Shown piece after piece: positions 48,647 to 57,329 of a stretch of 64,000 nucleotides of DNA. The notes under the pieces were generated by a model. It did no database searches. It had not been told where the DNA came from and saw nothing but the letters and a program-made list of their open reading frames with translations. A program made the position numbers and the translations under genes. The stretch spans positions 4,305 through 68,304 of the forward strand of contig JBNAVN010000005.1 of the NCBI GenBank assembly GCA_049700315.1, read 5' to 3'. This DNA comes from a bacterium (lineage in GTDB: Bacteria; Hydrothermota; Tepidihabitantia; SM23-42; JAOAFX01). Every line of letters begins with the position of its first letter. Positions within the stretch are counted from its first letter, which is position 1.

Positions 48647-49225
48647 TTATCTCAAGCCGGTTATGCTCAAAAAAACCAGACTTATCAGTGCGAGAATTGA
48701 CAATTCCATAAACAATCGCCATGGTCTGGATATTTTTTTGATTAGATAGATCCGTTCTTTAATTGTCATAAAAATCAATATCACAACAAGATAACCCAAA
48801 CCTGACGCCAAAACAGATATTGTGGTATCTAAAAATACAAGTTTGCGATTGATGTTCAGAAATACTGTACCATAAATTGCATAATTTGTATAGAAAAATT
48901 CAGGATATTTATCAAATAATATTGCAAGGTAAGGATAGGATTGATTCATTGCAAATCTTATATAATGAATTGTAAGCCAGGTGATAAGAATAAACAGGAC
49001 AATTGCTACATGTGTGAAGTTCAGCGGTCGCAATAAGAAATAAAAAATAAACAGATTTAACCAGGCGCTGATGAGCATAATAACGATTAGAATGATACCT
49101 ATCATAAGGCATTCTTTAAGATTTACTGCATACAATATGAGGGGGCAAATACCAAGCAAAGTGTAAAGAACGATATTACTGCCGATAATATGATCTACGA
49201 GTATTGCAAGAAGGTTATTTGCCAT
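48647..49225 (-). CDS. rnfA: RnfA-like membrane subunit (second cluster Cys replaced by Tyr)
   Basis: LLGICP and TNYAIYG at the canonical 88-aa spacing; IKERI; position in the rnf operon. Confidence 0.8.
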   Translation of the reverse strand: MANNLLAILVDHIIGSNIVLYTLLGICPLILYAVNLKECLMIGIILIVIMLISAWLNLFIFYFLLRPLNFTHVAIVLFILITWLTIHYIRFAMNQSYPYLAILFDKYPEFFYTNYAIYGTVFLNINRKLVFLDTTISVLASGLGYLVVILIFMTIKERIYLIKKISRPWRLFMELSILALISLVFLSITGLR

Positions 49226-49796
49226 CGGTCTTTTTCTTTACCAATTCAAAACCTAATAATACAAGTGCGGTCATCAGAAATGCACCAGCAGGGGCATTTA
49301 TAAACAACAAAGCTTTCGATGCCATATCAGGACTCAGTATGGGTTTGTTAACTAATGTGCCCTGTCCCAAAATTTCTCTCAAAATGCCTATAACGAAAAC
49401 AATACAGACAACACCAAGCCATTTCTTTGCAGCGGCAAGCACAAATCTTAATCCTGAATTCTGAGTATTGTTGTATCTTAAACTATACAGCACAAAACTA
49501 TTGATAGCTATCAAAGATATAAATACATCTAAATTGTTGCAGAGTTCAGGAAGATGATATGATAATACCTGCTTAATAATAGTAGTAATCGTACCAGTAA
49601 TAATTATCAGAACAAATGTTCTTGAAGGTTCATTCAAGAATTTAGCAAACAATAAGAAAACTATTCCTGACAAAAATAGTACAATCAATGTCACAATACC
49701 GATGCCCAGGGCATTCAATGCTGTATCAGTTAGGGCAATTATGGGCATAACACCAAGAATAATCAAGAATCCATTTTCTCTTTGATTTTGGATCAT
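49215..49796 (-). CDS. rnfE: RnfE-like membrane subunit (both cluster Cys absent)
   Basis: LGVMP, NALGIG, INS, LREILGQG, PAGAF; ATGA overlap with rnfG. Confidence 0.82.
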   Translation of the reverse strand: MIQNQRENGFLIILGVMPIIALTDTALNALGIGIVTLIVLFLSGIVFLLFAKFLNEPSRTFVLIIITGTITTIIKQVLSYHLPELCNNLDVFISLIAINSFVLYSLRYNNTQNSGLRFVLAAAKKWLGVVCIVFVIGILREILGQGTLVNKPILSPDMASKALLFINAPAGAFLMTALVLLGFELVKKKTDGK

Positions 49797-50698
49797 TTCA
49801 GATAATCTTTGAATTTTTTGATATTTTTTTGAACGCTTTTGATCAAGGCACATGATGAAATTGTCGCGCCAGTTATTGCGTCAGGTATACCAGTTTTGAA
49901 TTTATCAAGAAATTCATGTTCTCTTATTTGTTCACCAATGCCTTCGGTTTCTTTTGAATAGGTAATGATAATCCGTTCAATTGAACCATCCTTTCGTAAT
50001 CCAAGAAGGTATTTGATTGTGTCAAGATAGCCAAATGTCTCACCTGAAAACACTATTCCCAGTGTATCAGAATAGGCAATTGCATACCACAGTGTATCTT
50101 TTATTACTTCAGCGAAATTTCTGGCATCAGCAAAGATTTCCTTTTTTATGTCCTGGATTTTGCCCTGATTTAACACCGATCTGTATCTTTCCATTCCTTT
50201 CTTGATTCCTTCACAAACTGCCTTTGAAGAAATAGTCGCACCGGTTATTGCATCAATTTCACCGCCTTCGCTCTTTAATGAAATATGTGATATTTCTTTA
50301 CCGACAAATTGATTTGTAAAAGCCGCGTCTCTGACCTTTGAACCAAGTCCCTGGGTTTCTTTGAATCCTTCTCTCTTCCCGCCGATTCTTATTCCAGTAA
50401 TCTTGCCATTCACATCAACACCTGCAGTTATCGGAATGACACCGGCATAGGCCCTTGTCCAGACTTTGAAGACGATTCCTTCTAAGTTCTTCAATGAATC
50501 ATATGCCTGCCACAGAGTTTCAGGAAGAACCGGCACAAATTCAACAGCCTTGATCACTGATTTCAGTTTGCTGAGATTAGTGTTATCTTCAGTCTGCGCA
50601 ATCAACGGCTTCGTTTGAATATCTGCTATTGTGAGTATCAAGATACTACATATTATGCTAAACAACACAGGGGCTGTTTGATTCAAAAAATTTTTCAT
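49793..50698 (-). CDS. rnfG: RnfG-like membrane-anchored flavoprotein with two FMN-binding domains
   Basis: N-terminal TM segment; two copies each of ETxGxG and DAITGATISS. Confidence 0.88.
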   Translation of the reverse strand: MKNFLNQTAPVLFSIICSILILTIADIQTKPLIAQTEDNTNLSKLKSVIKAVEFVPVLPETLWQAYDSLKNLEGIVFKVWTRAYAGVIPITAGVDVNGKITGIRIGGKREGFKETQGLGSKVRDAAFTNQFVGKEISHISLKSEGGEIDAITGATISSKAVCEGIKKGMERYRSVLNQGKIQDIKKEIFADARNFAEVIKDTLWYAIAYSDTLGIVFSGETFGYLDTIKYLLGLRKDGSIERIIITYSKETEGIGEQIREHEFLDKFKTGIPDAITGATISSCALIKSVQKNIKKFKDYLK

Positions 50699-50709
50699 TG
50701 AAACCTCCC

Positions 50710-51696
50710 TTATTTAATTTTTGGTTGCCACAATCTTCTATTAGTGAGTTTGTCAATCAGTGGCGTTATGAGATTCATCAGGAGTATCGCAGGTGTCACC
50801 CCTTCAGGATAATGTGAGTAATGTCTGAAAATTGTTGTGAGTATACCGCAGCCAACTCCAAATATCCATCTGCCGTTCTTCGTTATTGGAGTAGTAACCC
50901 AATCCGTTGCCATAAAAAAGATCGCGATCAGGACACCGCCAGTAAATAATTGAAAGATTGGATTAATACTATTGGGCATAACGAAATTTAATAATAGAAA
51001 ACCAACAATATAACCTGATACAATTCTGTAGTCAATGATTTTCAGAAAAAGCAATGCCAGGCCACCAATGATCAAGGCAATTTTGCAGGTTTCTCCTATT
51101 GAGCCTCCAATCATGCCTGAAAACAAGGTTCTCAAGAAGTCGGGTGAATTGAATCTGTTAATTATGGTCTCGGTATTACCATAATACGCAGGATTTTTCA
51201 AGATTGTCAGTGGTGTTGCCTGACTGATCGTATCAATTCCTGAAAAAGAGCCATAGGATGGTGTACGCCATGCTGTGTTCATTATCTGTGGAAAACTTAG
51301 AGTCAAAAACGCCCTTGCAGCAAGTGCGGGATTGAGATAATTAAAACCAAGACCGCCAAATACCTGTTTCACCAGTATGATTGCAAAGCCCGAACCAATG
51401 ATTGGCACCCATAACGGAACCCCCGGCGGCAGGCTCATTGCCAATAATAGTCCAGTCAAAATCGCAGTGCCATCACTTATTGTTATCTTCTTTCCGGCAA
51501 GATATTCAAAAACTGCCTCAGATGTTGTGCTTGATATAACACTGAGAAAGACAATCAAGAAAGCATATGTTCCGAAATTCAATATGCCGAAAACCATTGA
51601 TGGAACGAGTCCAAGACATACTGCATAAACTGCTCTATTTGTACTTAGATTTGAATGAATATGGGGGGGAGCAGATACTACAAGGAGCTCATCCAT
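50710..51696 (-). CDS. rnfD: RnfD membrane subunit
   Basis: KQVFGGLG..NPAL, SQATPL FMNylation motif, GGSIGET, FFMATD..TTP, YPEGV. Confidence 0.92.
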   Translation of the reverse strand: MDELLVVSAPPHIHSNLSTNRAVYAVCLGLVPSMVFGILNFGTYAFLIVFLSVISSTTSEAVFEYLAGKKITISDGTAILTGLLLAMSLPPGVPLWVPIIGSGFAIILVKQVFGGLGFNYLNPALAARAFLTLSFPQIMNTAWRTPSYGSFSGIDTISQATPLTILKNPAYYGNTETIINRFNSPDFLRTLFSGMIGGSIGETCKIALIIGGLALLFLKIIDYRIVSGYIVGFLLLNFVMPNSINPIFQLFTGGVLIAIFFMATDWVTTPITKNGRWIFGVGCGILTTIFRHYSHYPEGVTPAILLMNLITPLIDKLTNRRLWQPKIK

Positions 51697-52969
51697 TTGA
51701 AAATCTCATTTTTGCATATTTAAAGTAGTGAACAAGAGGAATATAAGAAGGGCAGACATAGGCGCAGGAACCACATTCAATACACTCATTCAATCCTTGT
51801 CCAAAGGCATCATCATAATTGCTCTGCGTTATCCTGGCAAAAATTGTCTGGGGTATGAGATGCATTGGACAGGCATCAACACATTTTCCGCATCTTACAC
51901 ACCCCTTTTCTTCTCCATCGTTTATTGAATCTTGAAATACAATACCATTGATAGTCTTTATGACAGGTGTGCTCATAGAAAATTGAGCAATACCGGTCAT
52001 AACACCGCCAAAAATAATTTTTTTTACATTGCTTTTCAAACCGCCACAAAACTGGACGATATCACTTATTGGAGTTCCAATTTTCACCAGGATATTTTTT
52101 GGTTGTTTTATTCCATTTCCGCTTACTGTTATTACCCTTTCAATCAGTGGTTTGCCATACTTTACCGCCTGGAAAATAGCATAGCATGTGCTAACATTCT
52201 GTACAAAAACACCAATATCCATTGGCAATCCATTTGCCGGAACATTTTTCTTTAATATTTTTTTTGTCAATAAACTTTCAGCACCCTGGGGAAATCTATC
52301 CGGCATTATTTTTACTTCTGCACCTTCTTTTTTTAAGAGTCTTGCTGCACCTTCATAGTTTTCTGAAATCGCAAAAACAACTCTGGGGACATTAAGAATC
52401 TTTTGAACAATTTTCGCACCTTCAATCACACAGACCGGATATTCAAGGATGATGTGATAATCCGTGGAAATATTGGGCTCTGATTCACAGCCATTGACTA
52501 CCAATATATCCAGTTTTTTTTCTACAGCATAAGAGATTTTTGAATGCGTAGGAAAACCACCACCTCCTAAACCGACAATACCTGCCTCTTTTATTTTTTC
52601 AAGAAGTTCCTTTCTATCAAAAGACTGGTAATCAACATTGATAAGTGCCTGGTCCCAATCCTCGGAATAATCAGTTTCAATAATACAACACAATGCCCTG
52701 CCAAGCGTGGGATGGGTATAGGATCTTATATCTATTACTTTGCCTGCAACACATGAATGAATACAGGCAGATTGATTTCCGTTTGAATCTCCAATCTTTG
52801 TGCCTATTTTTACGATATCACCAGGCTCTACGACAGGAGTAGCGGGTTTGCCCTTGTGCTGACAAAAAGGAATATATACTCGTTCCGGAATAGGCATTAC
52901 TTCAACGGGAAGATCAAGAATATTTTTTTGTTTTCTCAGGTGAACTCCGTCGCAAAAATTTCCAAACAT
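51689..52969 (-). CDS. rnfC: RnfC NADH/FMN-binding 2x[4Fe-4S] subunit
   Basis: GIVGLGGGGFPT, NGCESEP, PQGAE, CVRCGKCVDACP, CIECGSCAYVCP. Start set at ATG 52969, 7 nt after a TTGACT-16-TATAAT promoter (52977-53004). Confidence 0.92.
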   Translation of the reverse strand: MFGNFCDGVHLRKQKNILDLPVEVMPIPERVYIPFCQHKGKPATPVVEPGDIVKIGTKIGDSNGNQSACIHSCVAGKVIDIRSYTHPTLGRALCCIIETDYSEDWDQALINVDYQSFDRKELLEKIKEAGIVGLGGGGFPTHSKISYAVEKKLDILVVNGCESEPNISTDYHIILEYPVCVIEGAKIVQKILNVPRVVFAISENYEGAARLLKKEGAEVKIMPDRFPQGAESLLTKKILKKNVPANGLPMDIGVFVQNVSTCYAIFQAVKYGKPLIERVITVSGNGIKQPKNILVKIGTPISDIVQFCGGLKSNVKKIIFGGVMTGIAQFSMSTPVIKTINGIVFQDSINDGEEKGCVRCGKCVDACPMHLIPQTIFARITQSNYDDAFGQGLNECIECGSCAYVCPSYIPLVHYFKYAKMRFSNG

Positions 52970-53019
52970 TATTGGTATTATACATGATTTTGGCACCAAG
53001 TCAAGTTTCACATTTCCTC

Positions 53020-53047
53020 TTGACTTTTATCAAAATATGTATATCAT
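53020..53047 (+). promoter_or_regulatory. Promoter divergent from the rnf operon
   Basis: TTGACT-16-TATCAT. Confidence 0.6.
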
Positions 53048-53079
53048 ATATTATGCTCACGAGAAGAGGAGGTGGCATT

Positions 53080-53340
53080 ATGCAAAAGACAGTTGGAGTT
53101 CTTCTGCTTGCCCTGATATTCATTGGTTGTGGTCCAAAATGGGCAAAGAAGGAGACGATGGATGCGCTTAATGAGGCGCGCGCTGCCCTTCAGGCAGCTG
53201 AGGCAAAAATAGGTGAACTTGAGACTGAAAAGGCACAATTGCTCTCTCAAAAGAATGCCCTTGAACAGGAAATTGCAAATCTTTCTGCTGAGGTTGATGC
53301 ACTTCAGACCAAGATAGATACTCGCTGCAAGAAGAAATAG
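53080..53340 (+). CDS. Small coiled-coil lipoprotein (86 aa precursor)
   Basis: Lipobox LIFIG-C, Ala/Leu heptads, C-term RCKKK; AGGAGG RBS. An in-frame leaderless ATG at 53053 is also possible. Confidence 0.8.
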   Translation: MQKTVGVLLLALIFIGCGPKWAKKETMDALNEARAALQAAEAKIGELETEKAQLLSQKNALEQEIANLSAEVDALQTKIDTRCKKK

Positions 53341-53349
53341 GAGGTAAAA

Positions 53350-53946
53350 ATGAAAAGGATACTTGCCATTCTATTTGTTTTGTTCCTGATTCCCACAGCA
53401 ACGGGCTTTGCCCAGGAAAAATTGACTGAGGAACAGGCGCAGGCTGAACTGCAAAATGTAAGAGAAAAACTTCAGCAGGCAGAGGCAAAAATTGCTTCAC
53501 TCCAGTCTGAGATTGCAAACTTGAAGAATGAGATTGCCAATCTTGAGACAAGGCGTGAAGAACTGAAAAGTAAACTCGCTGAATTACAGGAAGCCTGGAA
53601 AAGATGCCAGTATGGAAGATATAAAGTTAATGAAGGCGACTGGCTTTCAAAGATTGCGAGTATGCGTAATGTATATTGCGATGGCAAAAAATGGCCAATG
53701 ATATATGAAGTTAACAAAGATAAAATTAAGAATCCAAATCTCATATATCCGGGCTGGGTCTTATTGATTCCCACGCTTGACGCATATACTGTAGTGCCTG
53801 GCGATTGTCTTGGCCTTATCGCATCCTATCTATCAATTTACTCTGATGCCAAAAAATGGCCAGAGATCTATGAAGCAAATAAAGGCAAGATCAAAGACCC
53901 GGACCTGATTTTTCCGAAGCAGGTTCTTACTATCCCGCACGACTAA
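53350..53946 (+). CDS. Secreted coiled-coil protein with two LysM domains
   Basis: Signal peptide, heptad region, YKVNEGDWLSKIA..W..IYEVN..I.NPNLIYPG and YTVVPGDCL..IA..IYEAN..DPDLIFP. Confidence 0.88.
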   Translation: MKRILAILFVLFLIPTATGFAQEKLTEEQAQAELQNVREKLQQAEAKIASLQSEIANLKNEIANLETRREELKSKLAELQEAWKRCQYGRYKVNEGDWLSKIASMRNVYCDGKKWPMIYEVNKDKIKNPNLIYPGWVLLIPTLDAYTVVPGDCLGLIASYLSIYSDAKKWPEIYEANKGKIKDPDLIFPKQVLTIPHD

Positions 53947-53953
53947 TTGATCT

Positions 53954-53978
53954 GGGAGGGGTCATTCTGACCCCTCCC
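53954..53978. terminator. Perfect GC-rich hairpin (terminator or stabiliser; no U-tract)
   Basis: GGGAGGGGTCA-TTC-TGACCCCTCCC. Confidence 0.5.
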
Positions 53979-53999
53979 CAAAATGCTCAAAAATAATCC

Positions 54000-54902
54000 T
54001 TGAAGGCAGAGATTTCGCTTGTTGGTTATGATCCTGCATATGTATTGGGTATGCAGGACGAGTTATTAAAATTTGTACAGAGTGAATATGGAATCACTGT
54101 AGTAATGAGAAATGAAACAATATTCTTGAAGGGACCAAGTGAGAAGGTGAGAGAGGCGAAGATTTTTGTTCAGGAAGTGCTCAAGGCGTATCCCAAACCT
54201 TTCATATTTGACAAACATTCTGAAGACATTAAACCGGAGAGTCCCGGTGTGATAATCACACCTAAAAGAAAGATTCGTGCGAAAAGTCCTGGACAGGTAG
54301 AATATGTGAAATCAATTGATGAATACGACATTGTTGTCAGTATCGGTCCAGCAGGAACTGGTAAGACCTATCTTGGTGTGGCAAAGGCAGTTTCTTATCT
54401 AATGGAAAAGAAGGTGGAACGTATTATCCTTACTCGTCCAGCAGTTGAAGCAGGTGAATCCCTCGGTTTTCTACCAGGAGCAATTGAGGAAAAAGTGGAT
54501 CCCTATTTAAGGCCGCTTTTTGATGCTCTGAATGATTTTTTGCCTTTTGACCGTATTAGAAAGTATCTTGATATGAAGGTTATTGAAGTTGCGCCATTAG
54601 CATATATGAGAGGAAGGACATTGAATGACTCTTTCATTATACTAGATGAAGCCCAGAACACAACTGGAATGCAGATGAAAATGTTTCTCACAAGGATGGG
54701 CTGGAGATCAAAAGTAGTAGTTACCGGAGACATTACCCAGATTGACCTTCCAGCAAATGTTCTTTCAGGACTTGTTGAAATTCAACAACTTCTCGCCAGC
54801 ATCAGAGGGATTCAATTTGTGTACCTGGATGAAAAAGATGTGGTGCGACATAGACTTGTCCAGGACATAATTAAGGCTTATGAAAACAAAAATTCCTTAT
54901 AA
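54000..54902 (+). CDS. phoH: PhoH-like ATPase
   Basis: GPAGTGKTY, RPAVEAGE.LGFLPG, PLAYMRGRTL, DEAQN, GDITQIDL. Confidence 0.93.
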   Translation: MKAEISLVGYDPAYVLGMQDELLKFVQSEYGITVVMRNETIFLKGPSEKVREAKIFVQEVLKAYPKPFIFDKHSEDIKPESPGVIITPKRKIRAKSPGQVEYVKSIDEYDIVVSIGPAGTGKTYLGVAKAVSYLMEKKVERIILTRPAVEAGESLGFLPGAIEEKVDPYLRPLFDALNDFLPFDRIRKYLDMKVIEVAPLAYMRGRTLNDSFIILDEAQNTTGMQMKMFLTRMGWRSKVVVTGDITQIDLPANVLSGLVEIQQLLASIRGIQFVYLDEKDVVRHRLVQDIIKAYENKNSL

Positions 54903-56952
54903 GTATCTCATACTAATTGGTATAATTGTTTTTTTGAACATTGTTTTTCTACCCCACTTTGGTGGCAAGAGATTCAATTTTAAAGAAGGGGAAATTGCAA
55001 CTGAGGATGTTATTGCACCTTATGATTTTGTGATTCCTAAAACCGAACAGGAATTAACCGAAGAAAAAGATGAAATTGCCCGGCGTTTGCCACCAATTTA
55101 TGATTACAATACTGATATTGCTAAGAATCTGGAAAATGATATTGCCCGACTTGAGGCATTGATTGATACATTGAAAGGCAAATATCCCAGGGATACATTG
55201 ATTTATCTGATTCAAAGGGATTATGGGATACCGAAAGATGTTGTTAATTTTTTGCTAAAGAACAACTACAAATACACATTAAGAAGGCTTATGAAAGACA
55301 TCGGTTTCTATTTTTCAAAAGGTATTGTGACAAACAAATCGGTGCCTTATAGAATTATTATTGTTGCGCGTGGAAATAAAGAGACATTGATCTCTGTTGA
55401 TGAGGTCTATTCAATTGCCGACGCTGAAAATCTGATCACGAAGAATTCTACACCCGAATATAAGCAACTCGTCAAATTTTTCATAAAACCTAATATTCTT
55501 TTTAATGAGGCAAAAACCCAGGAACGTATAGATGAGGTCTTTGCCAATGTTAAGAAGACAAAGGGCGAGGTTTTGAAAGGAGAGATAATCATAGAGAAAC
55601 ATAAAAGAATTAGCCGGGAAGCCCTTGAGAAAATCGCAGCACTTGAACAAACATATGTATCATACGGAACCTGGCAGATATTGAAGACACTGCTTTTCCG
55701 TAATATTCTTTTCTTTAGTTTATTATTCTTTCTCGCTACTTTCAACCGTCAAACAAATTTTAATCTTATGGAAAATAAGAATTTGATATTTTCTTTTCTC
55801 TTGTTTGTTGTGTATATAGGCATTGGAAAGATAAGCCAGGAGACCAATACCATTTATCTTCTACCAATTTCTTTCTTTATTGCGCTATTTGCATTATACT
55901 TCAATGCGTATGCTGGTTTTGTCTTTACCCTCATCTGCAGTACAATCTTTGGTGTTATTTATAATTCACTGCCCGGGTTCTTATTCCTGCTGGTCAGTGG
56001 TGTGAGTGCCTGTTTCTCAATTCATACAATAAGGAGTAGATATCTGCTGCTCAGACCAATGGTGTATATAGGTGTTGCGAATATCGTTACTATACTATTC
56101 ATAGATAGCTATTTGTTAAGATCAGGCATTAATCTCCTGCATATTGGCGCTGGACTATTGAATGGAGTGGTGAGTGTTGTGGCACTGGCAATATTCTTAC
56201 CCGTTTTTGAACGTCTTTTTGATTTTACAACTGATTTCACCCTGCTGGAGTTAGGAAATCTAAATTTACCGATTTTCAAAGAAATGTCCATGCGTGCTTC
56301 TGGAACATATCATCATTCTGTAGTGGTCGGAAACCTGGCTGAGGCTGGTGCAGGTGCAATCGGCGCAGATCCCGTGCTTGCCCGGGTTGGCGCATATTAT
56401 CATGATATTGGGAAGTTGAAAAAACCTGAATACTTCATTGAGAATCAAATTGGTCAAAAAAATCCACACGATAATCTAAAACCCCAGATGAGTGCGCTGG
56501 TCATAATTTCACATGTAAAAGAAGGCTATGATATGGGAAAAGATATGAAGTTGCCAAAGAATTTGCTTTCCATCATTGCTGAGCATCATGGAACCTCCCG
56601 TATTGAGAGTTTTTATCGCAAGGCACTGCATTCCACAGAAAAGATCAGCGAAGATGTGTTCAATTATCCTGGTCCTAAACCAAAAACAAGGGAGGCAGCA
56701 CTGGTGATGCTTGCGGATTCTGTAGAGGCGACCGCACGTGCTGAAAAGAATATTACAGTAAGCAAGTTGCAGAAGATTCTAAAGGAGAATTTTGATAAGA
56801 AGTTCAACGAAGGACAACTTGATGACTGTCCAATAAACCGCGTTGAACTTGAACAAATAAAAACTGCATTTTTACCCATATTAATGGGTATTTTCCATCC
56901 ACGCGTAGACTATGAAGAAGAAAATCAGCCAACTCAAAATAAACATATTTAA
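54880..56952 (+). CDS. 7TM-7TMR_HD (PgpH-like) phosphodiesterase
   Basis: Extracellular domain, 7 TM segments, GTYHHS, YYHDIGK, HV..G, HHGT, MLADSVEA. Confidence 0.88.
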   Translation: MKTKIPYKYLILIGIIVFLNIVFLPHFGGKRFNFKEGEIATEDVIAPYDFVIPKTEQELTEEKDEIARRLPPIYDYNTDIAKNLENDIARLEALIDTLKGKYPRDTLIYLIQRDYGIPKDVVNFLLKNNYKYTLRRLMKDIGFYFSKGIVTNKSVPYRIIIVARGNKETLISVDEVYSIADAENLITKNSTPEYKQLVKFFIKPNILFNEAKTQERIDEVFANVKKTKGEVLKGEIIIEKHKRISREALEKIAALEQTYVSYGTWQILKTLLFRNILFFSLLFFLATFNRQTNFNLMENKNLIFSFLLFVVYIGIGKISQETNTIYLLPISFFIALFALYFNAYAGFVFTLICSTIFGVIYNSLPGFLFLLVSGVSACFSIHTIRSRYLLLRPMVYIGVANIVTILFIDSYLLRSGINLLHIGAGLLNGVVSVVALAIFLPVFERLFDFTTDFTLLELGNLNLPIFKEMSMRASGTYHHSVVVGNLAEAGAGAIGADPVLARVGAYYHDIGKLKKPEYFIENQIGQKNPHDNLKPQMSALVIISHVKEGYDMGKDMKLPKNLLSIIAEHHGTSRIESFYRKALHSTEKISEDVFNYPGPKPKTREAALVMLADSVEATARAEKNITVSKLQKILKENFDKKFNEGQLDDCPINRVELEQIKTAFLPILMGIFHPRVDYEEENQPTQNKHI

Positions 56953-57316
56953 TTTCGCCAATAAAGTGACTTTCGAAAAGGTGGATGTAGAAAGGTTGAT
57001 TCGTTATATTCTCAAGAATGAGTGCTATCAAGATCTCGAAGTACTTAATATAATTGTCGCAAATGCGCAATATTTAAAAAATTTGAATCGAAAATTCTTT
57101 CACAGGAATAGAACAACAAATGTTATTTCTTTCAATCTTGATAGCACCGGTGAGATATATGTTTCAAGTGACGAAGTTAATTCACCGAGTGATCTGTATT
57201 ACTATTTTGTTCATGGTCTACTACATATTATTGGCTATGAACATAGAGACAAGGAAACCGAAGACCTGATGCACAGAAGGTGCCGAGAGTATTTGAAGAA
57301 GTTTTCTCTTCTGTAA
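56912..57316 (+). CDS. ybeY: Endoribonuclease YbeY
   Basis: TNVISF, GEIY, VHGLLHIIGYEH metal motif. Confidence 0.92.
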   Translation: MKKKISQLKINIFNFANKVTFEKVDVERLIRYILKNECYQDLEVLNIIVANAQYLKNLNRKFFHRNRTTNVISFNLDSTGEIYVSSDEVNSPSDLYYYFVHGLLHIIGYEHRDKETEDLMHRRCREYLKKFSLL

Positions 57317-57329
57317 ATTTTCACCTAAT

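Noticed and set aside
52970-53079. ORF-track N-terminal extensions of rnfC (53011) and the lipoprotein (52972)
   Set aside because: They run through the two divergent promoters; downstream starts fit the promoter and RBS positions.
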